Source: Chitinophagaceae bacterium
GTDB lineage: Bacteria; Bacteroidota; Bacteroidia; Chitinophagales; Chitinophagaceae
Assembly: GCA_043760535.1 (NCBI GenBank)
Contig: JAYUOV010000001.1
Coordinates: forward strand, 1,221 to 65,220
Direction: 5' to 3'
DNA: 64,000 nt
Part shown: positions 36,714 through 46,017 of the stretch, piece by piece
Numbering within the stretch: the first letter of the stretch is position 1
Layout: every line of letters begins with the position of its first letter
The notes under the pieces: model-generated
The model's input: the letters and a program-made list of their open reading frames with translations, nothing else
The model's database searches: none
Told to the model about the DNA's origin: nothing
Made by a program: the position numbers and the translations under genes

Positions 36714-36901
36714 GTTGCTGAAATTTGCTAGATTTTTACTTATCCTACCCAGAAGGGCAGGATTAGGAAATTAGCTGTTTCCTTTTTTTATTCCCCAAGG
36801 TCTCCAGTTCATTCTCTCAAATTCAATTAAACTTATTTCCTAATCCAAGGCTTCAGCCTTGGGTCTGTAAAAGGTTGAAGCAGCAGAAATTAGCTATGGA
36901 T

Positions 36902-37237
36902 TTAAAATGTAAAAATTTTATCCATAAAAATCCACTTTTCTCCTTCTTTAGCCCAGGGTAATGCCAGTTGAAATTTCCACATTAATTGTTCCCATTCCTG
37001 CACTTTTGGGTTGGTGGCGTCCATAGCTGCTTTGTGTTCAAAACTAAAAGTTTTATCAGTATCCATTATCATAAAAAGCCGATTGCCGGTGCGGTAAATT
37101 TCCATATTGGTAATACCTGAATCGCTGATGCTTTTCTTAATTTCTGGCCAACAATTTTCGGCTTTATGCCAATGTTCGTATTCGGCAATCAGGGCCGGGT
37201 CGTCTTTTAAATCAAGTGCAAGGCAGTAGCGTTTCAT
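36902..37237 (-). CDS. L-rhamnose mutarotase-family (RhaM/DUF718) sugar mutarotase
   Basis: MKRYCLALDLKDDPALIAEYEHWHK ... MEIYRTGNRLFMIMD ... VQEWEQLMWKFQ. Confidence 0.85.
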   Translation of the reverse strand: MKRYCLALDLKDDPALIAEYEHWHKAENCWPEIKKSISDSGITNMEIYRTGNRLFMIMDTDKTFSFEHKAAMDATNPKVQEWEQLMWKFQLALPWAKEGEKWIFMDKIFTF

Positions 37238-37258
37238 ACTTAGGTATAGGTAGGTGTT

Positions 37259-38548
37259 TTAATGGGGTTCCGTTTCTTTATAGCCTTTCAATCCAAAAAA
37301 TAAAATCACTGCGAAGCAGGCAAGTGGCACAAAATAGCCCAATTGGATATTGCCTGTTATATCTGCAATCTGTCCAAGTATGGGTGGCAAAATTGCTCCG
37401 CCAACAATCGACATAATAATGAGGCTTGAACCTGCTTTTGTATCGTTACCTAGGCCGTTTATACCAAGAGCAAAAATAGTGGGAAACATAATAGACATAA
37501 AAAATGCAATGCCTATAACTGCGTAAAGCGTTACGATTCCTGATGCAAAAATGGTAACCAAACATAGACCCATGCACATCATTGCGTACAGGGCAAGCAG
37601 TTTTGGCGGTGCAATGTATTTCATAAGAAAAGTGCCTGCAAACCGGCCAATCATGAAGGCTAACCCTGCCGCACCAGCGTAATAAGAGGCCTCTTTTTCG
37701 GTAATGTTTGCTGCCTTTGTAGCAAACAAAATCAAAAAGCTCATAATGCAAACCTGTGCACCCACATAAAAAAACTGTGCCACCACTGCCCAGGTTAAAT
37801 GGCGGTGTTTAAATGCATGGAAAAATCCCTTGCCGGACTCGGCTCCATCATCTTTTTTATCGGGCAATTTTGAAAAGTAGAAAATGGCAGCCATAAATAA
37901 AATGGTAGCTCCTAAAATAATATACGGAAGTTTTACCGTACTTGTTTCAGAAAGCAGGTATGCGGTTTTTGCTTCTCCAGTCATTTTAGCAAGTTCAGCA
38001 TCCGTAACAGGGTTTTGCGACAAAATAAATTTACCACCAACAATCGGCGCCACAAATGCTGCAAGGCCGTTAAATGATTGGGCTAGGTTAAGCCTTTGGG
38101 TAGCAGTATCGGGGTTGCCCAAAATAGTGGCATATGGGTTAGCAGCTGTTTCTAAAATGGTAAGGCCACAGGCTACCACAAATAATGCCCCCAAAAAGAA
38201 TGCATACTGCATGGTATTGGCGGCGGGTACAAACAAAAAGCACCCAATAGCAAATAGTGCCAGCCCTATGAGTATGCCAGATTTATAGCCATATTTTTTC
38301 ATAATGATACCCGCAGGAATGGCCATTAGAAAATAGGCTATAAACACAGCCGAGTCTACAAGTGAAGCCTGTAATGTACTTAAGCTAAATGCCCTACGTA
38401 AATGTGGAATCAGTATTGGGTCGAGGTTGTGTACAAAGCCCCAGAAAAAAAACAGGCTTGTTACCAGTATAAAAGGAAGCAGAAAACTTCCTTTTGGTTT
38501 TTCTGCCGCAGACACAGATGTTACAGAGGGTGGGACAAGCAAGGCCAT
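37259..38548 (-). CDS. fucP: L-fucose:H+ symporter permease (MFS)
   Basis: 12-TM MFS with FFFWGFVHNLDPILIPHLRRAFSL, the FucP N-terminal signature. Confidence 0.9.
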   Translation of the reverse strand: MALLVPPSVTSVSAAEKPKGSFLLPFILVTSLFFFWGFVHNLDPILIPHLRRAFSLSTLQASLVDSAVFIAYFLMAIPAGIIMKKYGYKSGILIGLALFAIGCFLFVPAANTMQYAFFLGALFVVACGLTILETAANPYATILGNPDTATQRLNLAQSFNGLAAFVAPIVGGKFILSQNPVTDAELAKMTGEAKTAYLLSETSTVKLPYIILGATILFMAAIFYFSKLPDKKDDGAESGKGFFHAFKHRHLTWAVVAQFFYVGAQVCIMSFLILFATKAANITEKEASYYAGAAGLAFMIGRFAGTFLMKYIAPPKLLALYAMMCMGLCLVTIFASGIVTLYAVIGIAFFMSIMFPTIFALGINGLGNDTKAGSSLIIMSIVGGAILPPILGQIADITGNIQLGYFVPLACFAVILFFGLKGYKETEPH

Positions 38549-38655
38549 CGTTAAAAATGTTTAGGGCTAAAAAGCAATTAAAAAATTTATGGAGCCTCTA
38601 AAATATGGAATAAATTTACAAGTGTATATGTAACGCTTGAACAACGAACGAATTG

Positions 38656-38778
38656 GCACCACAAGAACTCAAAAACCACCCAAGAGGTGGCTTTTGACTT
38701 CTTGTGGTGCTTTTGCTGCTTAGCAAACAAGTCCGGGAATCGAATCTACCTTTTGATAGACTTGTTCTTGATTCCTCC
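38656..38778 (-). other. partial duplicate of the tRNA-Glu 3' part plus a copy of its terminator core, embedded in a 24-bp hairpin
   Basis: 38734-38746 (CGGGAATCGAATC) and 38769-38778 (TGATTCCTCC) match the tRNA-Glu T-arm and anticodon-stem segments at 39083-39109. The hairpin GCACCACAAGAACTCAAAAACCACC-CAAGAG-GTGGCTTTTGACTTCTTGTGGTGC (38656-38710) contains AAAACCACC..GGTGGCTTTT, like the terminator at 39039-39064. Confidence 0.4.
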
Positions 38779-38792
38779 TATTTTTATTTCAT

Positions 38793-38978
38793 CTAATAAT
38801 TTTTAATTATTTCTTTTCCATAAGAGGTTTTGTACCATTTTTCTATTCTTTTTGTTTCAATTCTATTAAAGGTATGCGCTAAAAAAATTGCATTAAAAGG
38901 TCTGTAAGGTCTTGTAATAACCTCGTATCCACTTTCATGCCTAGGTAGCCTATCAGCTATGTCGTGGGTGAGACCATC
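38793..38978 (-). pseudogene. C-terminal fragment of an rve-type DDE transposase/integrase (IS481/IS3-like)
   Basis: Reverse translation gives DGLTHDIADRLPRHESGYEVITRPYRPFNAIFLAHTFNRIETKRIEKWYKTSYGKEIIKNY*. ITRPYRP..(x)..FNR.ETK resembles the TRPY[HR]PQTNGKVERFNRTLK core end. No catalytic domain lies upstream. Confidence 0.35.
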
Positions 38979-39038
38979 ATATATTCAGTTTGTTTTTTCA
39001 CTACTCAATGCATAGTTGGCGAATACAGGTAATAATTA

Positions 39039-39064
39039 AAAAACCACCTCGGAAGGTGGTTTTA
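39039..39064 (-). terminator. terminator of tRNA-Glu
   Basis: AAAACCACC-TCGGAA-GGTGGTTTT. On the minus strand it is followed by TTTTTTAATT, 8 nt after the tRNA 3' end. Confidence 0.6.
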
Positions 39065-39071
39065 ATTGTTT

Positions 39072-39146
39072 TGGTAGAGCGTACGGGAATCGAACCCGTG
39101 ATTCCTCCGTGAAAGGGAGGTGTCTTAACCCCTTGACCAACGCTCC
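39072..39146 (-). tRNA. tRNA-Glu (anticodon TTC), CCA encoded
   Basis: The reverse complement is GGAGCGTTGGTCAAGGGGTTAAGACACCTCCCTTTCACGGAGGAATCACGGGTTCGATTCCCGTACGCTCTACCA. It has an acceptor stem (with G1-U72), an anticodon stem CCTCC/GGAGG with loop CTTTCAC, and a T arm ACGGG-TTCGATT-CCCGT. Confidence 0.85.
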
Positions 39147-39400
39147 GTTTTTCTTTATGGGCTGCAAAAATAGGGTCTCAATCCTTTTGGGCAAATTTAT
39201 TTTTTACAGTTATGGCTTTTTTTATGGCAAAGCCAATACCACAAAGGAATTAAAACAACCGGTTGTTAAACGTTTTGGACGTAAAATACCCTAATAACAA
39301 GCAGATTAGTTAAAATATCATGTAATTATTCTTACCCAAAGGACTTATTTTCGCCGAACAAACAATGAAACACAAATCCTCAAATTTTTAATTTTTAGTT

Positions 39401-40411
39401 ATGAGCGTAAAAGTAGCAATCAATGGTTTTGGCCGCATAGGCCGCCTGGTATATCGTCAGATATTTAATATGGAAGGTATTGAAGTAGTAGCCATCAACG
39501 ACCTTACCTCCCCGGCCGTATTGGCGCATTTGCTTAGATACGATAGTGCACAGGGCCGTTTTGAAAAAAATGTAACCGCCGGCGAAAGCAGTATCAATGT
39601 AGAAGGCCACGAAATAAAAATATATGCCCAAAAAGATCCTGCACAGATACCATGGGGTGCCCATGATGTGGATGTGGTATTAGAGTGTACCGGTTTTTTT
39701 GCCGATAAAGACAAATGCGAAGCCCATATTACCGCAGGTGCCAAACGTGTAGTAATTTCTGCACCGGCCACCGGCGATTTAAAAACGATTGTTTTTAACG
39801 TAAACCATACCATTTTAGATGGCAGCGAAACTGTAATCAGTTGTGCAAGCTGCACCACCAACTGCCTTGCACCAATGGCACAGGTACTTGAAAATACCTA
39901 CGGTATTGTAAACGGCCTGATGACGACCATCCATGCCTATACCAACGATCAGAATACACAGGATGCTCCACACGCCAAAGGCGACCTTCGCCGTGCAAGG
40001 GCTGCTGCACAGAACATTGTGCCCAACAGTACTGGTGCCGCCAAAGCCATTGGTTTGGTGTTGCCTGCATTAAAAGGCAAGCTTGATGGTAGTGCACAAC
40101 GTGTACCAACCATCACCGGTTCACTTACTGAACTTACAGTGGTACTTGGTAAAAAAACCACCGTGGCAGAAGTAAATGCAGCGATGAAAGCCGCATCTAA
40201 CGAAAGCTACGGTTATACAGAAGATGAAATTGTAAGCACCGACATTATTGGTACTACTTACGGTTCATTGTTTGATGCAACTCAAACACGGGTACAAACC
40301 GTAGGCGATGTGCAATTAGTACGTACCGTTAGCTGGTACGATAATGAAATGAGCTATGTTAGCCAGTTGGTTCGTACCGTTAATTATTTTGCCGGATTAA
40401 TCAGCAAGTAA
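39401..40411 (+). CDS. gap: type I glyceraldehyde-3-phosphate dehydrogenase
   Basis: [21 protein letters not shown] (catalytic Cys) and WYDNEMSY. Confidence 0.95.
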   Translation: MSVKVAINGFGRIGRLVYRQIFNMEGIEVVAINDLTSPAVLAHLLRYDSAQGRFEKNVTAGESSINVEGHEIKIYAQKDPAQIPWGAHDVDVVLECTGFFADKDKCEAHITAGAKRVVISAPATGDLKTIVFNVNHTILDGSETVISCASCTTNCLAPMAQVLENTYGIVNGLMTTIHAYTNDQNTQDAPHAKGDLRRARAAAQNIVPNSTGAAKAIGLVLPALKGKLDGSAQRVPTITGSLTELTVVLGKKTTVAEVNAAMKAASNESYGYTEDEIVSTDIIGTTYGSLFDATQTRVQTVGDVQLVRTVSWYDNEMSYVSQLVRTVNYFAGLISK

Positions 40412-40428
40412 TTTTACAATATCCCAAT

Positions 40429-40465
40429 AAAAAAAGTGCTGTCTTGTAAACAGCACTTTTTTTTA
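40429..40465 (+). terminator. Rho-independent terminator after gap
   Basis: AGTGCTGT-CTTGTAA-ACAGCACT followed by T8. Confidence 0.7.
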
Positions 40466-40504
40466 GTACAAGACTGAAACCAAATAATAGAACATAAAAG
40501 GTTA

Positions 40505-41191
40505 CTAATAAGACACTTCTGTATTTGTGCTGATGTTGTAAGCAAAAGATTTGTTATTAACCCAATCCTTGTAGCCGAAAATATTTGCAGATAGGACGAT
40601 TGATTCTACCATTTTTCCATTTTCAATTTTTGTATGTATGTCACCCACTCTCCAGGTGCTAAGTTTTACTGAATATGTAAGTGTAGTAGTACCCGGTGTA
40701 AACACTTTAAACTCAATGAAATTGGGTGATGTAACTACCTGCCCCAAAGCTGATATTTTGGTAAATGCAATGGAGTTAATATCTAAAGATTTGGTAAACT
40801 CAAAATAAAAAGCCGGTAAGGCCATGGGTTGTGTAAGAATTGAAGCATTAAACGGCATACACCTGTAAGTGCCTGCTACTATACCGCCCGTAGTACCCGA
40901 AACGGTATAGGTAATGGAATCGGTAGCCATGGCTGTAAAAACACTCTGCCATTTGCTGCCATCATGATAAGCAGGGGTGTTTGTTTTTCTATTGTAAATA
41001 AGCAATCCGGCACTTGGGTTGGTTACTAAAGTGGTGTCGTTAACCCGTGGTAGCATCAGACCTTTATTGGTACTGGATACATCTAAAGCGGCATTTGCAG
41101 ACGGTGTGGTGGTGCCAATGCCTACACCTTGTGAGGTAACTAAGTTTACACATAATACCAGCGAAACAACAGCGATAAAATTTCTTTTCAT
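40505..41191 (-). CDS. secreted protein with the Bacteroidota GIGTTTP...LPRV N-terminal module, function unknown
   Basis: Signal peptide, then QGVGIGTTTPSANAALDVSSTNKGLMLPRVNDTTLVTNPSAGLLIYN...YHDGSKW, a module recurrent in Bacteroidota surface proteins. The start is set at the internal ATG 41191. Confidence 0.55.
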   Translation of the reverse strand: MKRNFIAVVSLVLCVNLVTSQGVGIGTTTPSANAALDVSSTNKGLMLPRVNDTTLVTNPSAGLLIYNRKTNTPAYHDGSKWQSVFTAMATDSITYTVSGTTGGIVAGTYRCMPFNASILTQPMALPAFYFEFTKSLDINSIAFTKISALGQVVTSPNFIEFKVFTPGTTTLTYSVKLSTWRVGDIHTKIENGKMVESIVLSANIFGYKDWVNNKSFAYNISTNTEVSY

Positions 41192-41497
41192 GATTTCAGG
41201 GTTTATATAGTTTAAAAATAAAAATAGCATATCACACGAAACCGAACAGCCATGAAACGGTGTTTTTTAAGAAATTTTGAGGAATAAACAGCCAATAGTT
41301 AATACAACAGGCAACCGGAAAGAAGCCAACACATTTAAAGCATTTTTGGTTTTGTTCATTTCAGTATTTCACTTTTTCAATCTTCTTATATGGCTTTTTA
41401 CGAAAACTACAAGTTTTCAAAAAAAGCCCATATACACTTACATTGCAGTTGCATAATTTTTTTAAATAGCTAAGTAATAATCAACAACATTAACATC

Positions 41498-42697
41498 ATG
41501 ACTAAATTTTCAGATTTCAACTTTGCCGGCGAAAAAGCCCTTGTTCGTGTAGATTTCAATGTGCCGCTGAACAGCGATTTTGAAATTACCGACGATACCC
41601 GCATGGCCGGTACGATACCTACCATTAAAAAAATACTGGGAGATGGTGGTAGTGTTATACTTATGAGTCATTTTGGCCGCCCAAAAGATGGTCCTGCCGA
41701 AAAATATTCGCTAAAGCATTTGGTAAAACACCTGCATGCATTATTGGGAGGCGAAACCAAAGTGTTTTTTGCCAACGACTGCATTGGGGAACAGGCTTTT
41801 CTTACAGCCAATATGCTGGGCAAGGGCGAAGTGTTGTTGTTGGAAAACCTTCGTTTTTATAAAGAGGAAGAAAAAGGCGACGAAGCTTTTGCAGAAAAAC
41901 TTAGCAAATTGGGAACCGTGTATGTAAACGATGCATTTGGCACCGCCCACCGTGCCCATGCAAGCACAGCCGTGATTGCAAAATATTTTCCTGCAGATAA
42001 AAAAATGTTTGGCCTGCTGATGGAAGCAGAAGTGATGAGTGCCGAAAAAGTAATGCACCAATCGCAAAAGCCATTTACAGCCATCATCGGCGGGGCAAAA
42101 GTTTCAGACAAAATATTAATTATAGAAATGCTGCTGGACCGAGCCACCGACATCATCATTGGCGGCGGTATGGCTTATACTTTTATGAAAGCCCGTGGCG
42201 GAGAAATCGGCAACAGCCTTTGCGAAGAAGATCGTCTGCAAACAGCTATTGACCTGCTGGCCAAAGCCACCGAAAAAGGTGTAAGCATCCACCTGCCGGA
42301 AGACAGTGTGATTGCTGACAAATTTGCCGCCGATGCCAATACCGAAGTACGCCCAAGCGATGCCATACCAGCCGGCTGGATGGGATTGGACATTGGCCCC
42401 AAAGCCTGTGGCATTTTTGCAGAAGTTATCCGCCGCAGCAAAACCGTTTTATGGAATGGCCCGATGGGTGTTTTTGAAATGGAAAAATTTCAGGCAGGAA
42501 CCAAGGCCATAGCAGTGGCGGTGGCGGAAGCTACTACCAACGGCGCTTTTAGCCTTGTTGGCGGCGGCGATAGTGTAAGTGCTGTAAACCAATTCGGCTT
42601 TGCCGACAAAGTAAGCTATGTAAGCACCGGCGGCGGCGCCATGCTGGAATATTTTGAAGGGAAAGTGTTGCCGGGGATAGCGGCGATTGGGGAGTGA
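41498..42697 (+). CDS. pgk: phosphoglycerate kinase
   Basis: [28 protein letters not shown] and GGGDS. Confidence 0.95.
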   Translation: MTKFSDFNFAGEKALVRVDFNVPLNSDFEITDDTRMAGTIPTIKKILGDGGSVILMSHFGRPKDGPAEKYSLKHLVKHLHALLGGETKVFFANDCIGEQAFLTANMLGKGEVLLLENLRFYKEEEKGDEAFAEKLSKLGTVYVNDAFGTAHRAHASTAVIAKYFPADKKMFGLLMEAEVMSAEKVMHQSQKPFTAIIGGAKVSDKILIIEMLLDRATDIIIGGGMAYTFMKARGGEIGNSLCEEDRLQTAIDLLAKATEKGVSIHLPEDSVIADKFAADANTEVRPSDAIPAGWMGLDIGPKACGIFAEVIRRSKTVLWNGPMGVFEMEKFQAGTKAIAVAVAEATTNGAFSLVGGGDSVSAVNQFGFADKVSYVSTGGGAMLEYFEGKVLPGIAAIGE

Positions 42698-42720
42698 TTT
42701 TTTATGTAGACGACATTCTG

Positions 42721-42760
42721 AAATTTCAGCAACAGTGGTCGGTGAAGACACCGACTACTG
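42721..42760 (+). repeat. REP-like hairpin repeat, copy 1
   Basis: AAATTTCAGCAACAGTGGTCGGTGAAGACACCGACTACTG, with stem GTCGGTG/CACCGAC. Confidence 0.75.
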
Positions 42761-42806
42761 CATTCAACCATTTTTTTAAACATAGAAAACTTAAAAAATT
42801 AGTACT

Positions 42807-44516
42807 ATGGTTTTTAATAGCAAAACCTTTAAAACTTGTTTGTTCTTCAGTTTCTTTTTAATCGTTTCTTTAGGAGTTTCGGGTCAATCTGTAAAAACTA
42901 AAACTTTTCCTGAGAAAGAGTACAATAACTCAAACATAGATTTTTATCAGGTGTATACTGATGCAAATAGCACTTACTTTATTGAACGGGCTACAAAAAT
43001 GAATAAGTTTAAAATATTGTTAGGTGGTAGCAATAAAACAATTAATAAATTATTTAAGTACGATAATAAACTCAATGAAATATTTTCAAAAGAATACACA
43101 GAGACAGACTTTGGTGGGGATTACGATTTTTTTCAAGTTGTAACAATTGGTGGCAAAATGATGATTGTGGTTTCTGAAGAAATTAAAAAGGGAATTAGAT
43201 TTAAATATGCTTCTGTAGATATGGCAAATGGTACTATTATATTACCTATGAAAGATTTAGCAACATTTGATATTAAAGGTAAAGAATTAACAACTATTAG
43301 ATATTACATACAACGTAATGCAACAGATACCAAACTTTGTTTGGTGCAAAGCACAATGTATGATGATAAACAGCAGTTTAATGTTACCACTTTTGATGGT
43401 TTAAATAGTATACAAATAGGAAACGTTGAAATTCCGAAAAGTTCGTTAATATTAATTAACCCAACAGAAATTATTGTTGGCGATTCAAGCATATACTTTC
43501 ATGCTAAACATTATAAAGCCGGAAAACGCAAAAAAGATGATGCAGTTTTTTCTCATATGACTGTTTATCGTTACGCTTTTTCGGGTGCTTTATCAAAACA
43601 ATTTAATGTACCAGACTCATTTAATGCACCCTTGCATGAGTTTACTAAAATTAGGGTAAATGAAAAATTGAATAGAATGACTGTTTTGTTTGGCATTAAT
43701 TCTAAAGACCTTTTGGTTAATGCAGATAAACTTGGTATTTGCAGATACAACCTATTAGATGCTGCAATTATACAGGCTACTATCATAGATTTTAGTGCCA
43801 CAAAGCAACCTTTGCCTGCATTACAGGGTACTTCTAAAAAAGGAAATGAAACTGGCGAATTGAGTTATGAAATAGATCCCAAACCGATTTATTTTGGTTT
43901 TTTTGAAGAAGGTGGAAAAACCTTTATTGCTATGCAAGGTTATAGCATTGGAACAGGATATATTGGCTCACCAACTCAATCAGGAATTCAATATACACGT
44001 ACAAAATCTTACTTAGGTAATTTTAATATTTTTTGCTTTGATGAACAATTAAAATCCATATGGTCAACAAGAATTCCTTGTGATCAAATGGAGGAATTTA
44101 AAGGTAGCTACGGTGGCTTTTATGGCAGTAAATACGCTTTAAATCTAGACATCACACAATCAACAGGATTTTCTGGATTTGCCTCATTGCCTTTATTTGG
44201 AGGTACGGCTTTTATGAACGATTCAACCAAGCTACGCTTTGTTCTGAATCAACTTCCGGCAAATGTACTTTCCAAATATTCGCTTCGAAACCCCAATAAA
44301 ATGGAAACCGATGACTTTAAATCAAGTAACCTTTATAGTGTATATGTAGATAAAAAAACAGGTGAAGTAAGCAATACACTAATCCTGAGAAATAGTGAAG
44401 AACTATTAAATAGACCATCCAAAGCTTTTTTAATGCCCGGTGGTGGCTTATTAATTCCAGCCATAAATAGTGACTTAAAAGGGCCTCTTAAAATTACTTT
44501 CACAGCAATTAAATAA
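42807..44516 (+). CDS. 569-aa secreted protein, no recognisable family (AT-rich orphan)
   Basis: A long uninterrupted ORF with a signal peptide (FFLIVSLGVSGQS). It is visibly more AT-rich than pgk and is flanked by REP copies 1 and 2. Confidence 0.6.
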   Translation: MVFNSKTFKTCLFFSFFLIVSLGVSGQSVKTKTFPEKEYNNSNIDFYQVYTDANSTYFIERATKMNKFKILLGGSNKTINKLFKYDNKLNEIFSKEYTETDFGGDYDFFQVVTIGGKMMIVVSEEIKKGIRFKYASVDMANGTIILPMKDLATFDIKGKELTTIRYYIQRNATDTKLCLVQSTMYDDKQQFNVTTFDGLNSIQIGNVEIPKSSLILINPTEIIVGDSSIYFHAKHYKAGKRKKDDAVFSHMTVYRYAFSGALSKQFNVPDSFNAPLHEFTKIRVNEKLNRMTVLFGINSKDLLVNADKLGICRYNLLDAAIIQATIIDFSATKQPLPALQGTSKKGNETGELSYEIDPKPIYFGFFEEGGKTFIAMQGYSIGTGYIGSPTQSGIQYTRTKSYLGNFNIFCFDEQLKSIWSTRIPCDQMEEFKGSYGGFYGSKYALNLDITQSTGFSGFASLPLFGGTAFMNDSTKLRFVLNQLPANVLSKYSLRNPNKMETDDFKSSNLYSVYVDKKTGEVSNTLILRNSEELLNRPSKAFLMPGGGLLIPAINSDLKGPLKITFTAIK

Positions 44517-44558
44517 TTTCAGCCACCGTGGTCGTTGTCCTCACCGACCACTGAATTT
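44515..44558 (+). repeat. REP-like hairpin repeat, copy 2 (left flank of the RAYT gene)
   Basis: AATTTCAGCCACCGTGGTCGTTGTCCTCACCGACCACTGAATTT. It is almost identical to the reverse complement of copy 3. Confidence 0.8.
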
Positions 44559-44598
44559 GAGCCATACTGCGTCACGATTCATTGCAATCAAACATGTT

Positions 44599-45165
44599 AT
44601 GTCATCAATAAATTTTCAATACAACGGCCAACGCAACTCATACACAGACCTGAACAAAATTTATTTCTGGACGATAACAATTAATAACTGGCAGCATTTA
44701 TTAAAGCCAGACGAAAACAAAATGATTATTATCAATAGCTTGCAATGGCTGGTTAATAAGGTATTGGTAAAAATATATGGGTATGTAATAATGCCCAATC
44801 ATATACATCTGCTATGGGAACAGTTATCCATGAACGGAAAAGAGTTTCCCAAAAACAGTTTTGAGAAATTTACGGCTAAGTCCATTGTGGAAAAAATGAA
44901 ATTAGAAGGTGACGCATCTTTAAAAAATTACGTGGTATCCGCATCCGACAGGCAACACAATGTCTGGCAAAGGGACTAATTGGCCATTTATGTTTTTGAC
45001 TTAAAAATGGCTTTGCAAAAATTAGAATATATGCACTTGAACCCGATGCAACAGCATTGGCAATTGTGCAAAAGCACTTTGGAATATCGGTTTTCATCGG
45101 TCAACTTTTATGAAAACGGAGTAGATGAATTTGGATTGCTTACGCATTTGAGGGATGTTTTCTAG
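44599..45165 (+). pseudogene. REP-associated tyrosine transposase (RAYT, IS200/Y1 HUH family) with one in-frame TAA (44977-44979)
   Basis: The HUH motif is in YGYVIMPNHIHLLWE. ...HNVWQRD-TAA-LAIYVFDLKMALQKLEYMHLNPMQQHWQL...YRFSSVNFY continues in the same frame, and the catalytic-Tyr region lies after the stop. Confidence 0.7.
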
Positions 45166-45191
45166 TGCTGAAAAAAAATCAAAATTCGATT

Positions 45192-45236
45192 AAATTCAGT
45201 GGTCGGTGAGGACACCGACCACGGTGAAGGTGGCCT
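45192..45236 (-). repeat. REP-like hairpin repeat, copy 3 (right flank of RAYT, inverted)
   Basis: AAATTCAGTGGTCGGTGAGGACACCGACCACGGTGAAGGTGGCC. Its reverse complement matches copy 2 over about 33 nt. Confidence 0.8.
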
Positions 45237-45281
45237 ATCATCAAATAAACATCTCATTTTAAATACTCAAAAAATTCTTTC

Positions 45282-46004
45282 ATGTCATCCCGAATTCTTG
45301 CATTTAGTAGTTCCACAGTAGCCGCTGGCGGGTATCTGGAATCCGCAGCTCCGGTCATTCAAAATTTCCTTGGGGAAACGCAGCTTAACCTGGCATTTAT
45401 ACCCTTTGCCGGTGTAGGGATTAGCAATGAGGCATACACCCAAAAAGTAAGGAATGGGTTGGCTGCCTTAGGCCACAACATTATTACCGTATTGCCCGAA
45501 AATGCCAAAACCACGATTGCCAGTGCCGATGTAATAATGGTAGGCGGCGGCAATACTTTTAAGCTGCTGGCCGAAATTTACAAAGCACAGGTGCTGGATG
45601 TTATCCGGGATAAAGTAACTGCCGGTACACCATACATAGGCTGGAGCGCAGGCTCTAATATTACAGGGCCCACCATTGGCACTACCAACGACATGCCGAT
45701 TGTGGAACCGAAGAGCTTCAATGCATTAGGGCTGTTTCCTTTTCAGTTAAATCCACATTATTTTAACTACAAAATACCCGGCCACAACGGCGAAACCCGA
45801 GACGACCGCCTGACCGAATTTTTAATAGAAAACCCGGGTTTAGATATTGTATGCCTGCCCGAAGGGACTGCACTGCATTTTGAAAATAACCAACTACACC
45901 TTATTGGCGAATGCCCCGGCATTTTACTACAAATGGAAGAAGGAACCAACTTGCTTATCCGAAAAGAAATTGCGCCGGGTGATGATATTAGCTGGCTGTT
46001 GTAG
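45282..46004 (+). CDS. pepE: dipeptidase E (peptidase S51)
   Basis: ILAFSSS, IMVGGGNTFKLL, GWSAGSNI and the NPHY pattern match S51 PepE. Confidence 0.85.
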   Translation: MSSRILAFSSSTVAAGGYLESAAPVIQNFLGETQLNLAFIPFAGVGISNEAYTQKVRNGLAALGHNIITVLPENAKTTIASADVIMVGGGNTFKLLAEIYKAQVLDVIRDKVTAGTPYIGWSAGSNITGPTIGTTNDMPIVEPKSFNALGLFPFQLNPHYFNYKIPGHNGETRDDRLTEFLIENPGLDIVCLPEGTALHFENNQLHLIGECPGILLQMEEGTNLLIRKEIAPGDDISWLL

Positions 46005-46017
46005 GATACAAGTTTAT

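Noticed and set aside
39109-39294. 61-aa plus-strand ORF
   Set aside because: It overlaps tRNA-Glu in antisense and has no coding features.
38549-39400. Intact prophage or integrative element at tRNA-Glu
   Set aside because: No integrase, structural or conjugation genes are present. Only about 300 bp with a transposase tail lie between the tRNA and its partial copy.
1923-44979. Genome-wide reassignment of TAA to a sense codon
   Set aside because: TAA is the stop of many well-delimited housekeeping genes here (nuoB, nuoC, nuoD, nuoN and others), and those products end where homologs end.
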